Assembly (NCBI RefSeq): GCF_028641065.1
Contig: NC_073383.1
Coordinates: 33,790,001-33,854,000, forward strand
From: Leucoraja erinacea
Taxonomy: Eukaryota
Reading direction: 5' to 3'
Length of the DNA stretch: 64,000 nt
Each line of letters opens with the position of its first letter. The first letter of the stretch is position 1. The notes below the pieces were generated by a model, which saw only the letters and a program-made list of their open reading frames with translations, was not told where the DNA came from and searched no databases. Below are positions 37,433-49,111 of this stretch, piece after piece. The position numbers were made by a program, and so were the translations under genes.

Positions 37433-40062
37433 CTGGACATAGCAAATACAATATTAATGAAGCAGATGTGGGAACCGAATGACAACTGCCCAAATCACTT
37501 TCTACACTTTAATGTGAACTTTTCAAAGTCACATTATAATAAAATCTGAACAGTACACACATTCAGTACTTATTTTGTTAATTCATCCAGAGCACTACAA
37601 ACCAATTCCACCTCAACATTTAAAGCAGATTCATCAATATAGCATTCCAGATAGAAAATTTCCAAATTATTGAGGACGTTCCAAATATATTTTGACTCTC
37701 CACCATACTTGAGAAAGAAACATTCCGCACAGCAAGATAAATCCAAATTACCCAGAGGGAAATTCCACTTTTAAATGCCACCAGTGGTGAAGGGTCCTAT
37801 ATATTTAGTATACATCAATCCTTCCAATGACAACAAACACTGTGGATTAACACTGCAATCCTGTAAACAGTTCCTTATGAGCGGACACCTTTTTCAAAAC
37901 ATTTCAGAAGGTAGCTGTTTCACGTACAGTACAGGTCTGGATGGCTTTATGTAGAACCAAGTTCCTATACTGATCCAATGTTTAGCTAGGCATTTTCTTT
38001 GAGCTGGATATTTATGAGGGATGTGTTAAATAAAAATCTTGGCTCCAAAAGTTTTTCATTTGTTTCCAAAGACTAACCATGAGAATTGGCATGAATAAGA
38101 AAAGTTTGTGTACTTTGGTTTTCTTAGTGGAAGTTTTCATGCCTAGAAAATTATGCATCTTGCTTTCAAACTTGGATGCAAAGTCAGACTTTCTCTCTGG
38201 AACACAAGCACAGAGGCTCAACATTTAAACATGCTCAAGAGTATAGCAAGCACCAGACATTATGAACGTGATAATGGAGAGAAGGGCAACATTCCTAATA
38301 CTTTATCAGGTTCAGATCATGCCATGCAGAATTCAAGTAGGAAGAATGCAGGACAATTCTTAATACTCGTAAATGTGTCCTAGTTCCACATACAAGGCTG
38401 GAAATATGAATTCTAAGGCACACTTTCGATAGAAAAAAGACACTTTGTGCAGTAAAATTAAGATTAAAAGATTGCTTAAATATGGAATATTTAGCTTTGA
38501 ATGAAAGGAAATAGGAATGCAAAAGAAAATTGAACGTAAAAAATGTAACAATTTAGAATGGCACAGGGCATGTGAACAACCAAGGCTTGGAGTTATTTTC
38601 AAGCAAAATACACTTTTAAACTGAGATTTTATGCTTCTCTGACACTTGAATAGAACAACAAAGTGCTAGGGATACTGGAGGTCCAATTTACACAGCCGAA
38701 CATCCTACTAATAGTGCAAGATAAATTGTATTATTTCAAGTTTATTTAACTTATTCTATTTTGAAGTGACTTTTGCTTTGCACATATTTAATCTAAATTT
38801 ACATAAATGGCAAATGGAAGTTGAAAATGGCCACACAAATTTGAGGTACACCATGCTTGTAGTCTCGATTTGCACATGCATCACATTTCACAAGCACAGT
38901 GAGTAAAAAATAAGTTTGTGATTACTCTGCCCAGATCAATTTGGCAATAGATTATAAAAAATAAAATGCTGAAACCATTCAAATGTAATTTAAAAATAAA
39001 TACAAACCATATAACATTGTTTTCAAAAAAGGGACAAACCTGAACCTTTATGTGGTTTAATTTGATGGCCTGAGAAACAAAGAATTGAGAAAAGACAATC
39101 ATCACAACCAAATACATTGCTTATGATTAGTACTGCAAAGTGGACAAATTGGAAAATTTAGCGCCAATAATTTGTGCAACTTGAAAACCAATATATAAAT
39201 TGCGATCATTCAGTTGAACAAAACATCTATTAACAGCGAAAATAATTCCAGATTTTTCCAACAACATTTTCTTTAAATGATGAATGGAAAATTGATGCTC
39301 CTGTTTACTCATGTATGGCACTTCCTAGCAAACCCTTATTCCAATGGAGATTTCTCTCAAGACAAATAATTAGGTCATATCAGAGACAGGAATTACAACG
39401 TAAAAGTTTCTGCAATGGCTTGATAACCCATCTGATTTACCAAAGCCAAATTTCCATCAGAAGTGCAGTTAGATTTCTAGCCCAAGATACATACAAAGGG
39501 ACCAACAATGTTTCAGGAAATGCAGAAGATTTTATTGTACTGGCTTCTTGAGTTTCCATCAGCTGTCACTGTCTTCTAAATCACCATGTCAAAGCAATAC
39601 AGTATGGAAACAGGTCCTTTTTCCCAACTGGTCCATGTTGGTGAAGTTACCATTCTGGGCTAGTCCCATTTGCCTACATGTGGCTCACATACCTCTAAAT
39701 CTTTCCTATCCATAATACTGTCCTGAAGTATTTTGAAAGTCGCAACTATATCCACTTCCATAGCTTCCTCTACTACAATTTCGAGATACAGATTACCCTC
39801 TGGGTGGAAAAGTTGCCCCCGAGGTCTTCCTTAAATCTCATACCTTGCCCCTTAAGCCTATGTAATCTAGTTTTGCTCTGGAAAAATGACTAAAGATTTT
39901 TAAAGTATATCAAGGGAAAAAGGGTAACCAGAGAGAGAATAGGGCCCCCTCAGGTATCAAAGGAGTCATCTTTGTGCAGAGCCACAGGAGATGGGCAAGG
40001 TCCTCAATGACTATTTCTCCTCTGATTTTGCCATGGAGAAAAGCATGAGGACAGTGGAACTT

Positions 40063-41768
40063 AGTTTAGTTTATTATTGTCATGTGTACCAAGGTACAAT
40101 GAAAAGCTTTTGTTGCATGCTATCCAGAGAAAAGACTATACACAATTACAATCATGTCGACCACAGTGGGCAGATACTGTAAAGGGCACAACATTTAGTG
40201 CAAGATAAAGTCCGATTAAAGATAGTTAAAAGTCTCCAATGAGGAAGATGGGAGGTCAGGTCCGCACTGTAGCCGATGAGGGGACGGTTCAGTTGCCTGA
40301 TAACAGTTGGGAAGAAACTGTCCCTAGTATGTGCTTCCAAACTTCTATTCCTCTTGCCTGATGAGAGGAGAAAGGGAGTGACTTGGTGAGACTGATCTTT
40401 GATTATGCTGGTGGCCTTGCCGATGCAGCATTAAATTTAGATGGATTAAATGGAAGGGATGTTGGTTGGCCTGATGGTCTGGGCAACGTCCACACTCTGC
40501 AATTTCTTGTGGTCTTGGATGGAGCTGTTCTTAAACCTAGCTGCGATGCATTTCGATAAAATGCTTTCTACGGCGCATCTGTAGAAGTTGGTGAGGATTA
40601 TTGGGGATATGCAGAACTTTCTAAGCCTTCTAAGGAAGTAGAGGCATTTGATGGGCTTTCCTGGTAATGATGTTGCTGGCCAATGAAAAATTGCTGGTGA
40701 TATTTATTCCGAAGAACTTAAAGCTTTCAACCACGTCTACTTCTGTGCCATCAGTGAACGTGTACTGCTTCGCATCATGAAGTAATTCATAATCTTCTTT
40801 TCCTTGCTTTCATTCAGGGAGAGGTTGTTCCTTTGGCACCAAGTTACAAGGCTCACAATCTCCTTTCTATATTCTGTCGCCATTATTTGATATCCAGCCC
40901 AGTACAGTGCTGTCATCTGCAAACTTGCAAAGTTGGACTGGTATTTGGCTGCACAGTCGTGAGTGTATAATGAGTATAGTAGGGCGCTGAACATGCATCA
41001 TTGCGGGGCACCAATGTTGAGGATTACTGTAGAGGATGATTTGTCACCTATCCTCACTGATTGTGGTCTGCTGGTCAAGAAGTTGAGGATACAGTTGCAG
41101 AGGAGAGTGCCAACTCCATGTTTGGAGATTAGCTTAGTTGGCATAATTATTGAAAGCAGAGCTTATAGTCGATGAAGGAGACTCTGATGTGGGGGTCCTT
41201 CTTACCCAGATGCTCCAGGGATAAGTGTAGGGCCAGAGAGATGGCATCAGCATGGGCGTGTTGTGGTGGTAGGCGAACTGCAGTGGATCAAGGCTGCTTA
41301 ATAAACTGGATTTTATAGGTTCCGTAACTAGCCTATCAAAGCACTTCATGATGCTGGATGTTAAGCCCACTGGATGGTAGTCATTAAGGCATGAGGTCTT
41401 CTTTTCTGTGGCACCGAGATCGTAGCCATAGTGGTCTTCCTGAAGTAGATGGCTACCTTAGAACGGAGCATGGAGTAATTAAAGATGCCTGTGAACACTC
41501 CCTCTAGATGGCCTGCGCCGTTCCTAAGGATGCGGTCAGGGACTCTATCCGGGCCAGTTGCTTTCCTTGAGTTCACCCTCAGGAAGGCGGAAATAACTTC
41601 TTCAACAGTGGGGAAAGGCACACTCGAGTCCGACAGGACGGAATGCATCGCCACGTTGTCCTTCGCTCAAAGCGGCCATATAATGCATTAAATGCATCAG
41701 GGAATGCCGAACAATAATCAGGGATGCTGGTGATTGTTCACTTTGCTGCCAATTATAGTATTCAGGCC
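40063..41768 (-). mobile_element. Rex1/Babar non-LTR retrotransposon, 5'-truncated
   Basis: [25 protein letters not shown] and LYSLYTHDC motifs; taaactaaact tail. Confidence 0.85.
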
Positions 41769-41941
41769 TTGGGCAATCAATGGAAATGTGTTGAGGTCAG
41801 TCAATATTGTGGTTGAGGAGGTGCTGAACACCCTAACGCGTATGATGGTAGACAAATCTCCTGGGAATGATCAGATATATCCAAGGGCATTGTTGGAAGC
41901 AAAAGAAGAAATTGCAGTTGCCCTGGCTGAGATATACGAGT

Positions 41942-41995
41942 GGGGTGGAAGATTGCAACCTTCATTTGGTCCGCCCTGTTTCGACTAATGCAATC
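41942..41995 (+). ncRNA. Minimal HDV-like ribozyme fold
   Basis: P1 GGGGTGG/CCGCCCT (G1.U); P2 GATTGCA/TGCAATC; P3 ACC/GGT; L3 TTCATTT; J4/2 CTAA. Confidence 0.78.
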
Positions 41996-42079
41996 AACTC
42001 GACGTGCACAAACGTAAGATCAAATCGAACAAGTTGTCCAACAACTTTAGGCTGTGCACGCCACACGAAAGAAGAAGAC
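41942..42079 (+). mobile_element. 138-bp non-autonomous retroposon (Ingi/Vingi-like) with a 5' HDV-like ribozyme
   Basis: 8-bp TSD atacgagt at 41934 and 42080; GAAAGAAGAAGA tail. Confidence 0.8.
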
Positions 42080-42409
42080 ATACGAGTAATCATTTAATAT
42101 AGGCGAGCTGCCAGAAGACTAGAGGGTGGCAAATGTTGTGCCTCTATTTAAGAAAGGTTGCAAGGAAAAGCCTGGGAACTATAGGCCAGTGAGGCTAACA
42201 TCTGTGGTCTTAGAGTTACAAGAGAGATTCAGAGGGATAAGATGAACATTCATTTAGATAGACAAGGCTGATTAGGGATAGTCAGCACGGTTTTGTACAT
42301 GGGAGATCATGTCTCACAAATCTGATTGAGTTTTTTGAATATGTAACTAAAGAGGTTGACGAGTGCATAACTGTAGACGTGGCCTATATAGATTTCAACA
42401 AGGCATTTA

Positions 42410-43092
42410 TAGTCATACGGCATGGAAACAGGCCCTTTGGCCCAAATTGCCCATGCTGACCATTATGCCCATCTACACTAGTCCCACCTGCCCGCACTTG
42501 GCACATAACCCTCCAAACCTATCATATCCATATACCTGTCCAAATGTCTCTTAAATATTACGATAGTACCTGCCTCAACTACCTCCTCAGCAGCTCGTTC
42601 CATTTACCCACCACCCTTTGTGTAAAAAAGTTACCCTTCATGTTCCTATTAAATCTTTCCCCACTCATTTTAAGCCTATGTTGTCTGGTTCTCGATTCCC
42701 CTACTCTGGGCTAAAGAGTCTCTGCATTACCCCAATCTAGTCCTAGCCCGTTCAACCTTTCCCTATAGCTCAGGCCCTCGAGACCTGGCAACAACCTCAT
42801 AAATCTTCTCTGCACCCTTTCCAACTTGACAACATCTTTCCTATAACATGGTGATCAAAACTGGACACAATATTCCAAATGTGGCCTCACCAATGTCTTA
42901 TACAACTGTAACATGACCTACCAACTTCTATACCTAATACTCTGACTGATGAAGGCCAATGTTATCTACCTGTGATGCCACGTTCAATGAACTATGTACC
43001 TGCACTTGCTCTGTTCTACAACACTCCCAAGAGCACTACCACTCGCTCTGTAGTTCTTGCCCTATTAAGACTTCCCAAACTACAACATCTTG
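42410..43092 (-). mobile_element. Antisense CR1 3' fragment nested in CR1
   Basis: Reverse complement of CR1 ORF2 end and 3' UTR. Confidence 0.8.
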
Positions 43093-44092
43093 TATTTGAC
43101 AAGGGCCCACACAGTAGGATGATCTGGAAGGTTAGATTGCATGGGATCTAAGATGAGCTAGCCGACTAGATGGAAAATTGGCTTCATGGAAGGAAGCAGA
43201 AGGTGATGGTGGAAGGTTGTTTTCCTGACAGGAGGCCTGTGACTAATTGTGTGCCTCAAGGATCGCTGCTGGGCTCATTGGTGTTTGTGGATTATATCAA
43301 CGGGTTGGATAAGAATGTACAAGGCATAGAGTCATAGAGTGATTAGTAAATGTGCAGATTACACTAAAGTGGGTGGTATTGTAGATATTGAAGATGGTTA
43401 TCAAAGATTACAGCAGGATCTTGATCAGTTGGGAAAGGGGGGAGACGGGTCAATGGAATTTAATGCAGATACGTTTGAGGTGTTTAAACGAGTCATTTGG
43501 GGAAGTCTAACCAGGGCAGAGCCGTCACAATGAATGGCAGGGATCTGGGGAATGTTGTAGAGCAAAGAAACCGTGGAGTGCAGGTACGTTTCCTTGAAAT
43601 TGGCGTCACAGGTTGATAATGTGATTAAGAAGGCTCTTGGCACATTGGCCATACCACCTTATCTACCTGTGACACCAATTTCAAGGAAACATACCTGCAC
43701 TCCACGTTTTGTACAGCTATAACATAACATGCCAAATTTATACTCAAAACCCTGACTATGATGTTATGTTATAGCTGTACTAAGTGCTAGTGAGGTCACA
43801 GTTGGAGTATGGTGTTTAGTTTTGGTCACCCTGCTATAGGAAAGATGTTGCTAAGCTGGAAAGACTGCAGAGAAGATACACAAGGGTGTTGCCAGGACTT
43901 GGGGGACTAAACTTTCGGGAGAGGTGTATAAGATCATGATGGGGAATAGATAGATTAGATGAACAGAACATTTTAACCAGAGTAGGGGAATGAAGATCCA
44001 GTGGACAAAGGTTTAAGGTGAGAGGGGAAAGGTTTAATAAGAATCTGAGGGGCAAAGTTTTCACACAGAGGGTGGTGGGTATAGACAATAAT

Positions 44093-44900
44093 TGACAATA
44101 GGTGCAGGAGTAGGCCATTCAGCCCTTCAAGTCAGCACCGCCATTCAAGGTGATCATGGCTGATCATCCCCAATCAGTACCCCGTTCCTGCCTTCTCCCC
44201 ATATCCCCTGACACCACTATCTTTAAGAGCCCTATCTAGCTCTCTTGAAAGCATCCAGAGAACCTGCCTCCACCGCCCTCTGAGGCAGAGAATTCCATAG
44301 ACTCACCACTCTCTGTGAGAAAAAGTGTTTCCTCGTCTCAGTTCTAAATGGCTTACTCCCTATTCTTAAACTGTGGCCCCTGGTTCTGGACTTCCCCAAC
44401 ATCGGGAACATGTTTCTTGCCTCTAGCGTGTCCAAACCCTTAACAATGTTTCAATAAGATATCCCATCATCCTTCTAAACTCCAGAGTGTACATGCCCAG
44501 CCGCTCCATTTTCTCAGCATATGACAGTCCCGATATCCCGGGAATTAACCTTGTAAACCTACGCTGCACTCCCTCAATAGCAAGAATGTCTTTCCTCAAA
44601 TTAGGGGACTCCAGGTGTGGCCTCACTAGGGCTCTGCAGAAGGACCTCTTTGCTCCTAAACTCGACTCCTCTTGGTATAAAAGCCAACATGCCATTCGCT
44701 TTCTTCACTGCCTGCTGTGCCTGCAATCTTACTTTCATAGACTGATGAACAAGGACCCCCAGATCCTATTGTACTTCCCCTTTTCCCAACTTGACGCCAT
44801 TTAGATAGTAATCTGCCTTCCTGTTTTTGATATCAAAGTGGATAACCTCACATGTATCCACATTAAACTTCATTTGCCATGCATTTGCCCACTCCCCCAG
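44093..44900 (-). mobile_element. Antisense CR1 3' fragment (same subfamily as 51062-51887)
   Basis: KPFRTETRKHFFSQRVVSLWNSLP. Confidence 0.85.
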
Positions 44901-45357
44901 GTATATATCCATATATGGAATTAGCTGCCAGAGGAAGTAGTTGAAGCAGAAACTATAACAACAATTAAAAGACATTTGGACAGCTACATGGATAGGGAAA
45001 GTTTAGAGAGATATGGGCCAAACGCAGGCAGGTGGGACTAGTGTAAATGGGGCACCTTGGTTGGCATGGGCAACCTGGACCGAAGGGCCTGTTTCTGCGT
45101 TACATGGCTCCGTGACTTCAAAAAGGTCATCCCTTGGCCTCCTCCGCTCCCAAGAAAAAAGTCCCAACCTATCCAGCCTCTCCTTATGACATCCTCCAAA
45201 CGCTGGGCACCTTGAACTGTACACAACATTCCATGTGGTCTCAACATGTACTTTTACAGCTGTGCCATAATGTCCAACTTTTGTAGTCAACACTCTTCCC
45301 ATTTAATGCAAGCGAGTCAAATATCTTTTCACACCCATTGAGGGAACCATTCACCTG

Positions 45358-45615
45358 CAGTTTGGTTTAGTGATGCGGTGTGAAAACAAGCCCCTTGGCC
45401 CATCGAGTCCCTGCCAACCAGCGATTACCAGTACACTAGTTCTATCCTACATCATAGGGACAATTTACAGAAGCCAATTAACCTACAAACCTGGACGTCT
45501 TTGGAAGGTGATAAGAAACCGTAGCACCCGGAGAAAACCCATGTTGTCACAGGGAGAACGTACAAACGCCATGCAGACAGCACCCATCATGAGGATCGAA
45601 CCCGAGTCTCTGGAC
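45358..45615 (-). mobile_element. HE1-like V-SINE
   Basis: Reverse complement of the SINE core and tail. Confidence 0.7.
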
Positions 45616-46126
45616 AAGAGACTTAACAAGAAATTAAAGCCCAGCAGAGCCAGCAATCATAAAATCAACAGAAATCAAAGAACCCAATAGTATTAAAACA
45701 ACTGATGTGACCCAGAAACACTTTCTATTTTTTTTAAATGAACAAAGCTGCTGGTGTGTGAATTTTCACATGACATGTAACAAGAAAGTCTGTATGAGAA
45801 TTTTCAAACACCATTTTTCAGTGAACTTTTAACACCACAGAATCCTACCATGGTTGTATCACTTCAGAAGAAGCACAGTGTATCAAGAACAAAAATGATC
45901 AACTCATGTTTTGCAAAGCTGATAAAATTTGAAGGCAGAACAGATTCCTTGTGTTCTTTTACAATTCAGATCCAAATTAACAAAATTGTCAAATATCAGG
46001 TAACATCAAATGAGATGAACTACAATTTGACATGGATAGATTCAATGTCTGCTTCATTCCATTGTAATATTTACTTAGTGCCCTGGAAAAGAAGATTACA
46101 ATCTCTTTGCAGGATAAAATATTACA

Positions 46127-46420
46127 AGGTGGCACTGTGGCACAGCTGGTGGCGCTGATGCCTCACACCACCAAAGACCCTGTTCGATCCTGACCTGTGT
46201 GGAGTTTGCATGTTCTCCCTGTGACCGCATGGATTTCCTCTGGCTGCTCGGATTTCCTCCCACATCCCAAAGACATGCGGGTTAATAGGTTATTTAACTG
46301 CTGTAAATTGGTCCTAGTGTGTAGGATGATAAAGTGGGATAAAAAAGAATTGGTGTGAATGGGTGATCAATGGTCAGCGTGGACTCAGTGGACCCGTTTC
46401 AATGCTGTAACACTAAACCA
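46127..46420 (+). mobile_element. Near full-length HE1-like V-SINE
   Basis: tRNA-like A/B boxes (TGGCACAGCTGG; GTTCGATCC), V-domain tgtgtggagtttgcatgttctccc, ctaaac tail. Confidence 0.8.
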
Positions 46421-46672
46421 AACAAAATAACTTATTTTAAGGGTCACTTTGCTGTACCATCCAGGAATGTGCCCAAGTTTATATTTTTAAGGCAGAGATA
46501 GATAGTTTTTTGATTAGGATGGGTGTCAGGAGTTATGGGGAGAAGGCAGGAGAATGGGGTTTGGAGGGAGAAATAGATCAGCCAGATGACTTGATGGGCC
46601 GAATGGCCTAATTCTGCTCCTATCACTTATGATCTTATGACCCAAGTTTGCAGCATTTTGTAAACTGAGAAT

Positions 46673-46724
46673 GGGGTCAAGGAAAGAGCGTTCACGTCAC
46701 GGCCCTGTTTCCGCCAATCTTTCC
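46673..46724 (+). ncRNA. Minimal HDV-like ribozyme fold (one P3 mismatch)
   Basis: P1 GGGGTC/GGCCCT; P2 GGAAAGA/TCTTTCC; P3 GCG/CAC; L3 TTCACGT; J4/2 CCAA. Confidence 0.68.
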
Positions 46725-46806
46725 ACCCCCGCGCACAAGAAGCGACAAGACATACACCATTGTATGCAGATGCAGAGAAGTGTGTTCAGCTCGATAAGAA
46801 GAAGAA
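46673..46806 (+). mobile_element. 134-bp non-autonomous retroposon (Ingi/Vingi-like) with a 5' HDV-like ribozyme
   Basis: TSD ctgagaat at 46665 and 46807; AAGAAGAAGAA tail. Confidence 0.78.
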
Positions 46807-46838
46807 CTGAGAATCACCAGCCTAAAGTTGGTTCTTAC

Positions 46839-47045
46839 CACGTTCTACATCGTTGCCAACCATGACTTGTTTCTGGCGTAGTAGAAGATCATGCTCCTCA
46901 CATAGATGAAGATTCTCCTGGTTGAGTTCATGAAGTTGCTGGCTCAGAAGTTCCACCTGAAGGGCCAGATGCTCCTCCAATTCTTCCTTCTTCTGCAAAG
47001 CTTCTTCCAGTGCTGCTTTCTCCATGACATATCCTTCAATCAACC
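46839..47045 (-). CDS. PCNT: PCNT exon (LIEGYVMEKAALEE...DVER), 207 nt, phase 1/1
   Basis: Acceptor attactag; donor GTG|gtaaga. Confidence 0.87.
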
Positions 47046-48106
47046 CTAGTAATGGCAGATGATCGAGCAAATCATTTTTTTTTAGAAATGATTGCAAATT
47101 CTAAAACTTGTGGTCGGAGCCAACATTAAATTGGTGGCAAGTGTAAAACAAAGCAAGTTTCTTTCTAAGAGGGAACAAGAATGTAAAGAAAAAGGTGATC
47201 AATAGGTGCAGGTGCATGGTTCCTTGAAGGTGGAGTCGCAGGTAGATCGAGTGATCAAAAAGGCTTTTGGCATGTTGGCCTTCATTAGCCAGAGTATTGA
47301 GTATAGAAGTTGGGAGGTCATGTTGCAGTTGTATAAGACGTTGGTGAAGCTGCATTTAAAGCATTGTGTTCAGTTCTGGGCACCGTGTTATAGGAAAGAT
47401 GTTGTCAAGCTGGAAAGGGTACAGAGATTTACGAGAATGTTGCCAGAGCTAGAGGGTCTGAGCTATAGGGAGAGGTTGAATAGGCTGAGACTCTATTCCT
47501 TGGAGCACAGGAGGATGAGGGGTGATCTTATAGAGGTATACAAGGTCATGGGAGGAATAGAGAGGGTAGATGCATAGAGTCTTGCCCAGAGTAGGTGAAT
47601 CGAGGACCAGAGGACATAGGTTTACGGTGAAGGTGAAAATATCTTATAGGAATCTGAGGGGTAACTTTTTCACACAAAGGGTGGTGGGCTTATGGAACAA
47701 GCTGTCAGAGGAGGTAGTGGAGGCAGGATTCCAACATTTAAGAAACAGTTAGACATGTACATGGAAAAAGGGAAGTGCAACGAGACCTGGGTGTCCTTGT
47801 ACACCAGTCACTGAAAGTAAACATGCAAGTACAGCAGGCAGTGAAGAAAGCTAATGGCATATTGGCCTTCATTACGAGATGATTTCAGTATAGGAGTAAA
47901 GAGGTCCTTCTGCAGTTGTACAGGGCCCTGGTGAGACCACATCTGGAATATTATGAGCAGGTTTGGTCTCCTAATTTGAGAAAGGACATCCTTGCTATTG
48001 AGGAAGTGCAGCGTAGGTTCACGAGGTTAATCCCCGGGATGGCGGGACAGTCATATGAGGAAAGATTGGAAAGACTGGGCTTGTATTCACTGGAATTTAG
48101 AAGGAT

Positions 48107-48643
48107 TTTTTGTATTTGTATTTTTTTTTAAGAAGCAGTGTACAGTAGTATAAACCGCGGCATATGACAAACATTTTGTGTACAACTGCTATTTTAAATT
48201 TAACAAGAAAAAGGTAGATCAAGAAAGAGAGAGAGCGAGAGAAGAAAAGAGTGAAGGAAGTAGTGATGTGTAAACCCCTACTGCACCAGAAGGGCAGTCC
48301 AGGGGTGAACAAGTGATAGCCTGTAGAAAAATAAAGACAAAATCCCATAAAATTGTAAAGAAAGAAAGAAAAGGAAAAGAGAAGAGAGAAGAAAAAGAAA
48401 ACAAGAGAGAAAAAAGAGACCTTTGTGTAGGGATATACCTGGTTCATATCTTACCACACCCATCACCAGTTCGTGAATCGGTTTATTTCCAGAGTTGTGT
48501 TGCACCATACTATACTTGTAATAAATCAATAAATGGAGACCATATCTTTAAAAATTGCACTGATTTTCCTGCTAAGACGAGTCTCATATCTTCTAGATGT
48601 AGCGTCTCAGACATGCTTGTGATCCACATTTTAAGCGTTGAGG
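48107..48643 (-). mobile_element. L1-clade 3' fragment with an A-rich tail
   Basis: 16-bp TSD tggaatttagaaggat at 48091 and 48644; minus strand TLKMWITSMSETLHLE...KIWSPFI (L1 ORF2 C-terminus). Confidence 0.85.
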
Positions 48644-49111
48644 TGGAATTTAGAAGGATGAGAGGGATTTCATAGAAACATATTAAATTATAAAAGGACT
48701 GGATAAGCTAGATGCAGGAAAATTGCTCCTAATGTTGGGGGGGGGTCCAGAACTAGTGGCCACAGTCTAAGAATAAAGGGGAGGCCATTTAAAACTGAGA
48801 TGAGAAAAAAGGGTTTTCACCCAGATAGTTGTGAATTTGTGGTATTCTCTGCTACAGAAGGCAGTGGAGGCCAATTCACTGGATGAATTTAAAAGAGTTA
48901 GATAGAGCTCTTGAAGCGAGCGTAATCAAGGGGTATGGGGAAAAGGCAGGCGCGGGTCACTGATTGTGGATGATCTGCCATGATCACAATGAATGGAGGT
49001 GCTGGCTCGAAGGGCCGAATGGCCTTCTCCTGCACCTATTTTCTATGTTTCTATGCTTACATGGATAGGACAGGTTTGGAGGGATGTGGACCAAATGCGG
49101 GCAGGTGGGAC

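Larger units (their letters stand above)
39895..45112 (+). mobile_element. CR1 ORF2 host element split by four nested insertions
   Basis: CR1 sequence resumes co-linearly at 41769, 42080, 43093 and 44905. Confidence 0.8.

Noticed and set aside
38012-38602. Short ORFs as a nested gene or transposase relic
   Set aside because: No recognisable motif or consistent splice structure.
46127-46195. tRNA gene
   Set aside because: The A/B boxes belong to a SINE head; there is no cloverleaf.
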